This document shows positions 34,596-47,545 of a stretch of 64,000 nt of DNA, in pieces. How positions within the stretch are numbered: position 1 is the stretch's first letter; each line of letters starts with the position of its first letter. Where the stretch lies: positions 186,001 through 250,000 of the forward strand of contig CDLV01000005.1 in the NCBI GenBank assembly GCA_001244265.2, given 5' to 3'. This DNA is from Microbotryum violaceum (Eukaryota). A program made the position numbers and the translations under genes. Under the pieces are notes generated by a model. The model was not told where the DNA came from, did no database searches, and saw nothing but the letters and a program-made list of their open reading frames with translations.

Positions 34596-36142
34596 TTACA
34601 GAACGGAGGCTGCTCGGAGCCTTAATGCGCCTGAAAGGATGCTGAACAACACCGTCCAGAGCGCGCCCGCCCACCCTCGAACCTTCCTTCCTGTCCACTT
34701 GGTAAACATCTGCTCCGCGATAATAGCTGCTGCTTGTAAAGCAAAGTAAATCCAGGAACCGTAGAGGGCCCAGAACGTCGCATCCGTTCGAGGAATGTAG
34801 TCTTCGTGCAGCCATGCCGACAAGGCAAACGATGCGAACACGCCCATCACTCGGGCGAAATCCCTACCTACGACCGGTTTCATGACCCAAATGACGGGGT
34901 TGAGAGCTAGGGCTCGGAAAGGTCGCGCGACGAGTTGATGCCAGCATTCGGACCAGGCTTGCGAGACGCTCGTCGGTAAGCGCAACTGGTACATCGGCGG
35001 GTATTCGCGAGGGTCGAAGGGCGCCAATCTCAACGATTTTGGGATCCCGGGTAGTCGTCGAGAAGCTTCACGTAGAGCGAGATCGGAGTAGGCGGCGACC
35101 TGCAAGCTCAAGTTGGGGAGCCCGACGACGAGGAAAAAGGCACCGACACCGACCGGCCAGACGGCGAAATAGTCGAGAACGAGCGAAGGGATGTTGGGGT
35201 ACCAGCGCAGCAAGTCGGCTTCAAACATTTTGGGAGTCCATCGCGTCAGGGCAATTCCAACCGAAACAGATGCTAGCGCAAGGAAGAGGGATAGCAACGA
35301 AGACGCAATGAATGGTCCACGGCGTTTCGAGTCGAAGGAGAGGTGAGGTGGGGGGGCGAGGGAGCGAGGAGGAGGGGCGAACGCGTAGCCAATACCTCGC
35401 GGCGAGATCATCAGATGCACTCTTGACAAGACGATGCTTACGGGACTGTCGTTCGCCGCCATTTGAGCCCGAATTTCTTCCATCCCTTCCTTCGTCACGA
35501 GCGACGAGTTCTCCTTCGTCGACTTGGGGGCCAGCTCCTCAGCAGCCTTTGGCACACCGGGGAACTTTTCCTCGGTAGTGACGAACATCCGTGTATATCC
35601 CTCAGTGTCGAATCCCACCCATGTATAAGGTCTCGTATCGGATGCGAGGCCCCACTCGAGTACTGCGCACGGCCGTTGATGTCATTGCAAGGTCAGCTCT
35701 ATCTCCAAGGCGTTCGCGGAAACAGGAGCGGCCCAAGCCGAGTCGTAGCCGATGCCGATTGTTCGCCCACGTGGCGACCGTCTCACCTCGCAGTGCCGCA
35801 AAACGACCAAAGAATGCGGCCATCTGTTCCAACACGACTGAAGTCTGGCGAAACCCGAAGCCCCCTAACCGAATAATTAGGGAACAGTAGTAGAGACCCA
35901 AGGGAGTGATGGCGAGGCGTGCGAAACGGGATAGTCGGGCCGGAAAGACAGGGTGGAGCAAGAGAGCCAGCAGGCTGAGGATGCCCACGACCATGGTGCC
36001 GCTGTGGAAGTGGACGGAGACATGTCAGACTCAAGCACAAGGATAGCTACAGCCAGATGGGTACTGACCATTCGATAGGCCCGCGAGGCCCTCCAAGAAG
36101 TGGGACGTTCCCCTCGGCGAATAGCGATTGCAGGCCAGTCAT
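34596..36142 (-). CDS. MBOAT_2 / wax synthase-type (TRI7-like) membrane acyltransferase
   Basis: Multi-TM protein with PPMY...TSVSQAWSECWHQLVARPF and FASFALSAWLHE (catalytic His). Start at MTGLQSLF is inferred, with two introns. Confidence 0.85.
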
Positions 36143-36865
36143 AGCGCAGACGCCGAACACCCGAAATCTATCGCGGCGGGAATTCTCAAGACAGCAGAGT
36201 CGAGATTGGACACCCGCTGTTTGAAGTCCTTGACAAGTGGTCAAGGGAAGCACTTGTCAAGGAAAGAACAAGAGGTGGGACAGCGAGAGTGAAAGGGGGT
36301 GGCAACGACAATCGCTCAGCGCCTACGAAGTTTAAAGTCATAAATTCCAGCTAGTCTTATTCAAAGTGAGACAGGAGCGAACCAGAGCGGACCCCCCTGG
36401 CAATAGATAATCGATATCGTACGAGACAAATTAGGTCTTACCGTGATCTCATCCAACATATGCTTTATTTTTTTTAGTTTTATTCTTATTCATTTTAGGA
36501 AATATGTCTGCATTTGATATCTATTGCATCGGAGAGTTCTTACCGCTAACTGGGAGCCACCAGGAGGAAACCCAGGCCGAGCTCCGAGTCTCACGTGCGT
36601 TCGCGAAGGGCAGCATACATCTCATCTACCTTCGCGTCTGAGAGGTCTTGCTGTGATCGCATTTTCTTCTTCTGATGACGTCTATAAGCGAAACACAGAG
36701 CACGGACTCGGACTGCGAGCAGTCGCAATCCGTGACTGAGGCTGCGTGTAAAATAGGTCAAAGCGAGCGTCACCAGAGCAGGAAGGAGGGAGGAGCAATT
36801 ACAACACTGAATCGAAGGTATTGAGAATGTACAGAAAGATGTGAGCAAGCCCGATAAATACTCGC

Positions 36866-39371
36866 TCATTGCAGGCCGTCCTCGGGCGTGGAAGGGGGCA
36901 AGCTGCCCTTGCGCATGGAGGAAAGCGAGCTGCCTTTGGGCATGGCAGAGGGGGAGCTCCTGTTGGTCATGGAAGACGACGACTTGTCCTTGGCAAGCCT
37001 GCCTTTACCTTTCCTCCGATCGGACAAAGGGAACGCAGGTACCGCTGCAGTTTGAGGTTGATCCATGACGGTGTGGTACAACGCCTCCGAATAAGCTGTA
37101 GGGAACCAGTGCGCATCGATCGAACGAATTCGACCACCTAGGCTGCGGCCTTTCTCATCCTTCGGTCCAATTGTGGCCTCATAACCGCCTATCAACATCG
37201 CCAAACGACCAATGTTGGACGAGCCGGAGACAATGAAGGCGTCCGCGTCACGTGAGAAGAGGGTGAGATCGCGGATGAAGGTTTGCGTGTGAAGCACTCG
37301 TTCGAGCATGGGAAGACGGTTGAATTCTAGCTGACTAAACCCACTTGCGAGACCGGGCCGCGGTTTCTTCTTCTCCTCCTTGGGCGTGGGCGTGGGCGAG
37401 GGCGTCGGCGTCGATGGCGCTGCCTCCTCCTCGTCTTCTCTGATACTGGCACGCTTCTCGTACGTCGTTAGGGCATCGGCCTGAGTGTCCTTGACCCATT
37501 CCATGACGTCGACCGGGGGCTGGCTGGGCTGAGGCTTGAGATTTGCCACATGCTTGAGACTCGCAATACCACGGGCAGGCGGTTGAGCCAGTGTAAATGG
37601 TCTGAGCAAAGGGTCTATCGCCAAGCGGGAATTGACGTTCGCTTCGGCGGTCATGACGACGAGTGAGGGTGATCGAGCCGAGTCAAGGTTGAGGCCGTTC
37701 GGGGACGGAACCTCTTCGGTATAAGGCGTTCCGCCAGGTAGAATCCTTACCATCGCGTCGTGAGCAGCTTGAAGGTAGACGGTCAAATTGCCGAATTTGT
37801 TCGTGATGCCCATCGCTTTGGCCTCGAGTTCGTACTCGGGACCTTTGTCGCCCAGTCGAATGTGAGTCGCCACCGTGATCTGTTGCGGTCCCATCTTGAG
37901 CTCAGTCCTTGCCGCTTCGATCTCGGTGTTGATGGAGTCTATCGGCTTCCACAAGAACCTCGCCGCCTTGACATGATCCTTGAAAACTTCTTCAAGCCCT
38001 TGAGGCATTGTGTCGCCTTCAGCGAGGATGTTGCGCGATCGATTGCGAGCAAAAGCAACGTTGGTGTCGTGCAGTTTCTGCATCACGACTGGGTCGAGGT
38101 AGGTCTCGCGCGTCCAATCATCCATCTGTTGGATCCGTAAGCGAGACCACACGAGGCGGGGTTCTTTCTTCCAACCGGGGAGACCGATTCCGGTCGCGAG
38201 CTGCGCATCAGCCCAGTCCCTTGGAGGGGCGCAGTTGAGCTTGCGTGGCGAGAAGTAGTTGGAAAGACGACCGTAGTTCCTATGGGGGTGGAGCATGCAG
38301 CATCAGCAGCCCATTTCCGAAAAAGACCCACCCGGGGCAGCCACAAACCCAGTGCGACCCCAAAGACCTGGGGACTTACCACGCTCGATCATCTTCCACC
38401 AGTGTATACCCAAGCTCATCGGCCAACGACGCGGCTCTCAAATACAGAAGCCATTCCGAAGCGAAACCCCACCAAGGCGTGAACTGGAACAAGAGGATCT
38501 TGCGGCAGCGGGGCAGCCTCTCGGTGGATTCCTCGAGGACCCAAGGCGTGGCCTGACTGACGGTAACGGCGGGATGATCGACGAGCTTGATAGAGTCTTC
38601 AATGGCTGGTAGATCTTGTTCGAGTTGTTCTGACGGGGTCGGAGGGGTTTCGTCACTCGTGTCGGTGTCGGTGTACGTATCCGTGTCGGCGCTTTCATCG
38701 TTACTCTCGTCGACGATCTCGTCGGTGGGCGGAGAGGCATGCGAGGACGGCGGCGAAGGGGCTTGTTGGTCTTGTGGAGGGAGCTTGGGGAAGATCGAGG
38801 CCTCGGCCCGCAGTGCCTGGTCAACGGATGGTAATTCTTCTTCGACGGGAACGTAGGATGGTGTTGGTCTTTCCTCAACTGATACCATGGGTGGTGGGGA
38901 AGCAACGGTCGCCGAAAGGGGGGAGGATGCCTCGAACACGGCTTCGGGTGCGGGCGACGAGAATGTGCCGAATATCGCGGGCGCGTCAAAAGAGCGTGAC
39001 CAGATGCACAACCCCACAACCACAGCCAGAGCGAGCCAGGTCTTGGCCCTCCTTGAAGTTGACTTGCTCGCGATCGCCATCGATGCCGACCTCCGATGCA
39101 ACATGTTCACCACGGCACTCGCATCTTTGCCTAGCCATGGTGAGGGTGTCGTGAATGCCCAGGCCGGAGACCGCGCCCCACGAGGCGGGGACAAGGACGA
39201 CGGTGGGGACGATGCCATATTGAACAAGCGGACGTGACGGAACGTCGAAGGAGTATCATCGACTCCAGCTGGGTGGTGTTCACCGAGGTGTATTGTCGTC
39301 GAGTCTTTCTGTAGGTCCCAATGCTTCGACATGGAATCTTTGGATCGATTGCGCAGATGCGACGGGCGCAT
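36866..39371 (-). CDS. Type II membrane glycosyltransferase, alpha-1,6-fucosyltransferase (GT23/FUT8)-like; intron ~38279-38378; start may be 39218
   Basis: TM anchor WLALAVVVGLCIW, Pro/Ser/acidic stem, WGFASE, THIRLGDK (HxRxGDK motif) and ADAFIVSGSSNIGRL motif. Confidence 0.7.
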
Positions 39372-40184
39372 GTTTAGCTCGTCGGGTCAAGTTCGAAGCA
39401 GAAACGCCCGCTGTGCCAGCCCGCTTCTGAATGGACGTCACGCGCACAAAGGCGCGAGTAAGCGCGCGCCACCCTCGTCGCCTGGCCGTTGGCAGAGGCT
39501 AATGAGCAATTTGCGAGGCTGCGGCGCGTCGCCAAGTATAGCCCATATGTGACACATGGCAAATCGTAGAACGGCCGACGTCGGGCTGCTGAGCGTGGCT
39601 CTGCAAGGGTTGCCGTCCTCTTCAGGCCTCCAACGCGTTTTGCTAACGACATTGGTCAAAATTTTCTGCTGTATTGATAAACTGTCTCCTATGAAGGGTT
39701 TTGTAGATATCTTGCGGTCAGCGCAAACGAGTTTGCTACACGATTGAATCTACTCACATTTCAAAGCACTTTTGCCTCGACAAAGATCACATTTGAGGTT
39801 TATCTAATTAAAAGGGCAGTCTAAGACGATCATCTTGATGAAACCAGTGTGTCAGCCTCTCTTGTCTACCTCGGCAATCCAAGGCGTCCACGTCCCCCCG
39901 CAGCCAGGTGAGCATTGACTTCGTGCGTGATCATGCTCACCTCGTGCTTTCAAAGTACTGCCCATGATTTCATTTCTATGTTCTTTGGACCCCATACTCT
40001 CTTCTGTCCTGGCAGGTCCTCAAGGAAAATAGCGATTAGTGTTGTCAGTACCAGCATCGATTTATGCACCCTAACTCACCCATCACAAGTTGGACCTCGG
40101 ACTCGCACAAGGCCCCCCTGAAACGCTTCCGACATTTTGCATGGTGCAGCAGTGGCCGAACTCCGATCGGTGTTGGCGTCACAC

Positions 40185-40616
40185 CTATCTCTGCCGCGGC
40201 GTACTGGCGGAAACCACTGCATGCTCTAGGTGATTCGAGCCGTTCCAACCTCCGCCCAACCAACGAACGAAGACCGCGAAGCAGAACGCGAGCAAACACA
40301 TCCCAATGTACGTCTTGACAGGGTGAGCCCAAAAGAAAGCTGTCAAGCGACGGGCCGAACGGAAGCAGTTAACGAGCGAATCGGGTGCAGTCGAGTTTTG
40401 GTAAGTCAAGAGTTGTAATTCATCTTCCCACTCTGGGCTGTTGATGAGAATGTGTAGCTCTTCAGCTTCGAGCGAGGTCGTCGAACGAGCATTACCGGAA
40501 CTTGAACTCGGTGTTGACGCCGAGGAAGCTGTCGTGGCCGGTCGTGAAGGTGGCGGCAGTGATGATGACGATGGTGTTGGAGGGGCTGAAGTCGACGGAG
40601 GGTATGACTGGGTCAT
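40185..40616 (-). CDS. Hypothetical small membrane protein
   Basis: 143-aa ORF with a real ATG, an S/P/T-rich N-terminus and a hydrophobic segment YIGMCLLAFCFAVFVRWLGG. The 3-prime end is uncertain. Confidence 0.55.
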   Translation of the reverse strand: MTQSYPPSTSAPPTPSSSSLPPPSRPATTASSASTPSSSSGNARSTTSLEAEELHILINSPEWEDELQLLTYQNSTAPDSLVNCFRSARRLTAFFWAHPVKTYIGMCLLAFCFAVFVRWLGGGWNGSNHLEHAVVSASTPRQR

Positions 40617-41472
40617 ACTAGACTAGGGAAGTCGGTTTGATGGTGAGTTTCAGTTGCTAAGTGACCGATCCAGGCTGATCCGACGGGCCGAAGGCCACGC
40701 TCTTGGCAGTGAATGTCTCGGACTGTGACGAGGAGGTCTCACGAATGCAATACGAACACCGTGCTCAGACGAAGGTGCAGTACGCCTTGAGATCCGGTGT
40801 GCCACGCAAATCGTGAAGTCAAGTAGGCTTAGCTTAGAGGTGGATGCACGCCGCGGGAGACTGAACGGTTGCGACTCGTACATCGGACGAGTCAAACCCG
40901 AACGTGACCTCTCCTTTTCCTAAGCGGTGACGGGGCGTTGCCCCCCTAACTCGCACGTCCGCTGGTTCCGCCACCACCCCCGTGAGGTCCGCCGCGGTCA
41001 GGGGATGCTCTTACTATTAAGCTCAACCAAGCGCCTCTCTCGGGATTGTATCCGCGCGTCTGGCCGGGTTGCCCTCCGAGTAAATTTCAGTGCCAATTTT
41101 TAGGTGTTATTTGGTAACCCAGCAAGCAGAGACGATCAGCGGAATCGCCCAAACCCCTTTTCTGGATTCAGTGGAGAAAAGAAGCACAGATGATCTGCCA
41201 ACTGGCAAAAGCTTTCCTCAACAGTACCAAGTGGTCGAAGCTATAACGATCCAAAATGTTCATGTTTACATGTAAAGGTGCGTACGTCACATTGTTTTCA
41301 TTTCCTCCAGCCCGCTAGAGCGGGGTATGTCACCCCAATATCCGAGTAGGCAGCGTCGAGTGAAAGCGCACGGAAAGCTGGGGAACGTACAATTACAACA
41401 AGTATGATGATGAATCATTCTAACCGAGCCGATTCACTCTTGCCAATGACTACTGAACGAGTCCGCTCCAGC

Positions 41473-42637
41473 TCAAGGCGGCAAAGGGACCGAAACGAGA
41501 TCGCCGTCCTGCCCAGGGAAAGGACGAAGAGTCAATGATATGACATGCTTTTGAGACAACTTCGATTAGCTTACGAATAACTCGATAAACTGAGGGAAGG
41601 TGGGTGAGTGATGCCGTGGCGGGAAAATTGGTCAGCTTGGCTGGCCACCCCCAACGCAGACGAAAGCTGTTCAGCTCACCTGCTCGTTCAGAACGCGGAC
41701 TTTGGGACCCGCAAATCTACGATAGGAGGTCGACATAGTAAGCGGACTCTTTCTCTGCGAAACAAAGATAGCACACAACAACCCACCTTCGATACTCTTC
41801 CAATATACTAGCCAGATTCCACCTTTGCAGCTTCCTGAAAATACCCACGACCTATCCCAGTCCAGCCATTGAGAGAATCAGCTCGGTTGAGCTGTGCCCA
41901 AGCTCGGATCGAGCAAAAACCCAAACTGACCGTTCCGGTTCTATGCCTGCCCAAGTTGCACATGATCATCAAGGGGGCATTTGCAGGGTTGAGAACGAGA
42001 TCGAGCGCTTGGAGGACGACTTCTTCGGTGATGGGGTCGTAGTTGACCGCGTTTTCGACGCCGAGGTGATAGAGCTTGATGCCTTGGTCGTCGAGGAAGG
42101 TGAGGCTGTGGGGGATGCAAGACCTGCTGATTAGCTGGTAGTGTAACTTTTTCGATGTCGGTGTACTTGCAATCTCGGATTCGGATCCTCGGGCGCCAAC
42201 CAAATGATGGACTTGAGCGCGAGTTTCTCCAAAAAAGGAAAATTCAGTTCCAAGGGTTGACCTGAGGCGGCAGAAAGTCTAGCTTAGTCAGGCCAACATC
42301 GGATCGCCCATATCGATGGATTCGATGACTGACCTGATCTATAGAGCGAATCCTCGACCATGCCGAAATTTGGCGGAGGGATGAGCACCCTTCCCGAAGG
42401 CCGGACCTGACGAACCGAGACTCGCACGGGCGGTTCCTCGGCCTGGACTGGGGAAGGGGAGATGTGGCGGGACATGGGGGAGGAAGTAGAGGTGGTGGAG
42501 ATTGCGTCTTGGGTCAAAGGGGATGTAGCAAGCTTGAGCGGGTTCGAGGTGGGGGTTGGAGTGGGCGAGCGCAGGCACGAGCTCGGCGCGGATGGAGCGG
42601 AGGCTTCAGCGTCCTGAGCGAGGGACGGCGTAGCCAT
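41473..42637 (-). CDS. OCA1: OCA1-like (Siw14 family) tyrosine phosphatase, multi-exon
   Basis: IPPPNFGMVEDSLYRSG, LNFPFLEKLALKSIIWLAPE, active-site loop IMCNLGRHRTGT, LQRWNLASILEEYRR, FIELF|DGDLVSVPLPP*. Confidence 0.88.
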
Positions 42638-42890
42638 CCTGAAACGGACAGCGTCTGATCAGATGAGCGTATAGGGTGGGCGCCCGGAAACAGAAAGGGA
42701 CGAGCAGGGACGAGAGTGGACGGGGCAACAAGAGGCAACAAGAGGCAACAAGAGGCAACAGCTCGACTCTGCTCAACTCTGCTCAACTCAGCACCATGCG
42801 CGGCGCTTCTCTCAGCTTCTCCCTCTTTCCTCCTCTTTCCACCTCTTTCCTCTGGCCGCTCTCCTCGACTTGACTCCGCCGAAGCCCGAC

Positions 42891-44157
42891 ATGTCTCGAA
42901 GGTTGCTTGTCGCGCCCCGGCTGTGGACATCGTGTCGCACAGAAGCTACCTCGTTCGCGTTCCGTGGCCATCCGACCCGGACTTCATTCGCGATCGGCCA
43001 GGACCAGCGTCATCTTTATGCCTCCTCAAGCAGCACAGCAAGCTTCGTCTCGCGGATTGCAGCTGGAACAACATTCAATCCTCCCAATACCGCAGCACAT
43101 GCATTTTCCAGGCTACGGACTGCGTTCCAGCGGCCATCGTCATTGCCGGGCGCGCCGTCGTCCTCACCCCCACATGCCCCGTCCCCGATCCTACGTCGGC
43201 TACTGCACTCGTCTCGCACCTCGCACGGCCCACGCTCCTACTACCCTTCCTTGCAATCACCCCGCTCCCAGCCACGCTCGTCCTCTCTCGTGGCGCGGCT
43301 CAACTCGTTCTCGCCCAATACGATCCTCTACGCCTTGGTCGCGCTCAATGTCGCCGTCTTCCTCGCGTGGCAGTACGCCCATCAGGTCTACCAGCAGTAC
43401 CGCGATCCTTCCTTGCTCAGGAGCCTGCAAAACAACTTTACCACCAGCTGGAGGAACATTACCCAGGGCAGGGTATGGTGTTTGCTGACCAGTTGTTTCA
43501 GTCATGAGGGCACAGGTGCGTGGATCAGATCAAGATACCGGGTGACAGACCCAACACTGACCACTTTTTCCTATCGATCATCAGGGCATATCTTGATGAA
43601 TCTTCTCTCGTATGTCGAGTTTGTCAACCATCGTGGTGCAGCTGGAGAGATCCTGACCGCACGTGAAAATCCTGCCTCCGCAGCCTCTACTTTATGGGAC
43701 CCCCGGTGATCATGATGCTCGGCAACGCCGGATTCCTCTCCTTGTACCTCTTCTCCGTAAGTTTCCATCTCTATTGTCCCGTGTACTCCACCACTGACTC
43801 TTGAGGCCCCAATCTCCTTATCCGACGGACTCGTAGGGCGCCGTCGCGTCCTTGACCTCGCTCCTCTTCTCGCGTCTCTCCCTTCCTCACTCGCAATCGC
43901 TCGCCTACTCAGCCCACGGTGCCTCAGGTGCCATCTACGGTTGTCTATCCTTCTTCGCCGCGGCGTACCCTCGAACGACCTTTCTCCTCTTCTTCGTCGT
44001 CCCCGTCCCCGCCTGGGCTTGCGTGGCCGGTATCTTGGGATGGGATTTGTATGGCGCTTTGGGTAGGAGAGGGGGTACGACCGATTCGGCGGGGCATGTA
44101 GGCGGCGTGGTGGCGGGCTTGATGTGGTTTACTTTGTTGAGGGGTCGATTTAGGTAG
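42891..44157 (+). CDS. Mitochondrial rhomboid protease (PCP1/PARL-like)
   Basis: Arg/Ser-rich presequence, GRVWCLLTSCFSHE, HILMN, catalytic GASG and AGHVGG motifs. Several introns. Confidence 0.9.
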
Positions 44158-44588
44158 ATAGAACGCGGTCTTGGGTTGACAGAGGGAGAGTTGAGGAGCG
44201 ACACCGGATGGAGCTCTAGCCCCGGTCTGAGAATCTTGCCTGGCCCCAAGAGGAGACTAGGATGGCGATTAACCCTGATTGAAAGAGCGTCTTTTAGTTT
44301 GTAGAAAATTAGGAATGTTTCTATATGACTCAGTCTCTTCTTTCGAGGGGTTTGATCATAAATAGGTTTCGGATTCCGACAGCCACATGTGCACTGCATT
44401 CGCGCGCACCCTCGCCGAAAGCACCACGCTGCACCACGAGCTACCACGAGGTCGACCTCCGTCGTCTGCCCGGCTGCACGGGGCTTATCTTTCCCTTCCA
44501 ACCCTCAACCCGCCCCTCTCCCACCTGCCTACCTCCCCAGAGTGCACAGTGTAGCAGAAGACCCAAAGCTCCCTCACTAAGAGACCCG

Positions 44589-45164
44589 ATGGCCGACTCA
44601 TCCACACCCGCTGCGAGCGGCGGAGGTGGAGCTCCAGGCGCAGGGGCAGGTGCTGTTGGAGCCCCAGCAGCCGGTACAAGACGACGTGAAGAAGCCCGAG
44701 CAGCGGGTTTCTTTGATAATCCGATCGTCAAGTCTTTGGCGCAAGCTTATATGGTCTACATCGTCGTGAATTGGGGTCGTGAGTAACACCTGAGCAAGGC
44801 TGGCTCGTCTATGGCACGGGGGAACGGAAGGGAGGGAGACTGATGCCTTGTTCGACTTCAACCCCTGATGACGACAGTACGATACCTCCCCGGAACAAGT
44901 CAACATGCTACCGCGAACGGGATCAAACCGTTGGTACCTCCAGCCTCCGGAAGTGCAGCTTCCTTGGTGCCCGGAGGTGGTGCTCGGTCCAATCCTGTCA
45001 AAGTTGGCGATCAAGGCACCGTCCTTTCGACGACGACGAAAGGTGCTGGGTTCGGTGCAGGCGGTTCTTTGGAGACGTTGGTGGCCGTTTGGGAGGAAGG
45101 CTCTTTGCTCGTCAGTTCATACTTCAAGAGGCGCAGATTCAAGCCTGCTCGGCAAGCGTCCAGC

Positions 45165-45228
<64 letters not shown>

Positions 45229-47382
45229 CCTAAAGGACGTCATCGCTCGGTTATCAACCTCTCTTGATGGAGAAACATCTCCCGATGGAGCAGTCTTACC
45301 CGAGGTCAAATGGGACGGAATACCGTACGCTCCAGGATGGGAGACCAAGGTCTTTGAGGCAGAGTTCGAGGTGCCCAAGGTACGTCGTCTGACCCAATCT
45401 CAATCGCAAGCTACCTGATGTGCGTTACTGATTGGACGACAAGTGTTCAAGTAGAGTGTTCAACATAACGCTTCGCTCTATTTGGATGTTTTCGTCACTC
45501 GGGCCGATGCGGGCGTCGATCAAGAGCAGAGGTTACATGTTCGGAAACGTGAGTGCTGGTCCGAGAGAAAGATCGATCAAGCACTGATTAGATCACTTAA
45601 TTCGAACTCGAACCCTCAGTCCTCACACGCTACATGCCGCTTCGCAAAGTGCGCCACGCCAAAAAACTGATCGGATCCTCAAAACCGACCGAAGAGGAAT
45701 TGGCGATCGAAGCGATCGAAGTCGAACGCGAAAAGAACGAGGTCAAACCCATTGTCTCCTATTATCACCCCAACGTCACTTTGGAGCTCGTCACTGGATC
45801 GGGCAACGTCGCGTACACGAAACTGCCTGATCCTTTGAAGGTGCACGTCAAAAAGGTTGGAGAGAGCAAGGATGAGGCGGGGAATGGGTACATGTACCCT
45901 ATCCTGTGGGCGAACGATTTTTGGTTGATGAAGGAACATATGCAGCCGATCAATGAATCGACGAGGTCAGTGAATGAGATGGACGGAAAGTGTTTCTGCG
46001 AGACGCACAGATCAATGCTGACTTTTTTCCGTCTTTCGCTTTGCTCAGTCGCCTCCCTATCCGTATCGAACTCAAGCCGATTAGTCATTTCAAGTGGACC
46101 ATCTTTGCCACGCTGGAAGATTCGATGGCCAAGTCGAGTCAATCTGCCGCACCGGGGACCGGCGATGCGTTTGATGTCATCAAGAGGATCTTCGGCAAGT
46201 GACAAGTCGAGCTGTTAGGCTGATTTTCAGAACGGCACGTCTAACAATACGGTGTCTCATGTGCAGTCGAGGGCAACCCTTACATGCTAATCGCGACGAT
46301 CATGTGCTCGATCCTACACATGGCCTTCGAGTTCCTCGCGTTCACCTCGGACGTCAAGCACTGGCGCTCCAAGAAGGATCTCGTCGGCGCCTCAGTCAAC
46401 ACCATCATCACCAACGTCGTCGTACAACTCATCATCCTTCTTTATTTGATGGACCACAACGAGGATACCTCGAACGTTATCCTCTTGACTCAAGGCTTGG
46501 GTCTGGCGGTCGAAGCCTGGAAGATCACCAAAGCCGTTGACATCTCTGTCGTCCCCCAAACCGCGGGTGGCGTCTTGCCTTACAAACTCCTCATCAAGGA
46601 TAAGCACGTTCTCTCGGAGGAGGAGAAGCGCACACAGGAATACGATCGCCTCGCATTCCGCATCGTAGGTTACGCGACTGTACCTTGCCTCATCGCGTAC
46701 ACGCTTTACTCGCTCTACTACAACGAACATAAAGGATGGTACTCGTTCTGCATCACCACCGCCGTATCGTTTGTCTATGCGTTCGGGTTCGTGCAATTGG
46801 TGCCGCAGTTGATCATCAATTACAAGTTGAAGAGTGTGGCGCATCTACCGATGAAGTCGATGGCGTACAAGTTCTTCGGAACGATCATTGATGATTTGGC
46901 AGCTTTCGTCGTTAAACAACCTTTGGTGAGTCGATGCACTGATGGACAAACCCGGATATGTAGGGAGGACGCTTGACTTCAATGGCTCACCTTTCGATCG
47001 ATCTTGCAAACCCCCCTTCAGTTCCACCGCCTCGCCGTTTTCCGAGATGACGTCGTCTTCCTCGTCCTCCTCGTAAGTTCAAAAACCCACGAAGCGGAGG
47101 GAGGACCTTATGATCGCTGCTCTCTCCTCGCGCCTTTCGTTCGTGTTGTGTTGACAACGCACCGCGCACCGCGCACCCCTTTTCTGAAATCGCCCACAGT
47201 ACCAAATGTACATCTACCGCGTCGACCCGACCCGAGCGAACGAATACGGTCAAAAATTGACTGAGGAGGAAGCCAAGAGGTTGTTAGAGGAGAAGAAGAA
47301 GGAGGAGGTGGAGGCCGCCGCGAAAGGGGAGGGGGTGAAGGAAGTGAAGGAAGTTTCTGCAGAGGAGAGGAAGAAACAATAG
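44589..47382 (+). CDS. CLPTM1-family membrane protein
   Basis: SYYHPNVTL, YPILWANDFWLM, LHMAFEFLAFTSDVKHWR, PQLIINYKLKSVAHLP, HRLAVFRDDVVF, YRVDPTRANEYGQ. Multi-exon. Confidence 0.93.
45168..45224. repeat. (TC)n microsatellite, ~28 units, within the CLPTM1 gene (probably intronic)
   Basis: Seen directly. Confidence 0.97.
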
Positions 47383-47545
47383 AGGGTGATGAGGGAGCCC
47401 GATGGAAAAGTGTATAATTGGAATGAATTTCTTCCCAACGTCCACTGTTTCACTGTTTGCGTCAGTCAGATTTTTCGTTTGGATTTGGGGACAGTCGGGA
47501 TCATTTGAGGATGTGCCGGTGGCGAGTCTCTCAAGCCCCGTTAGC

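Noticed and set aside
34528-34620. 39-bp repeat pair (54-bp period) at the MBOAT stop codon
   Set aside because: Small local duplication of the gene end with no sign of further function.
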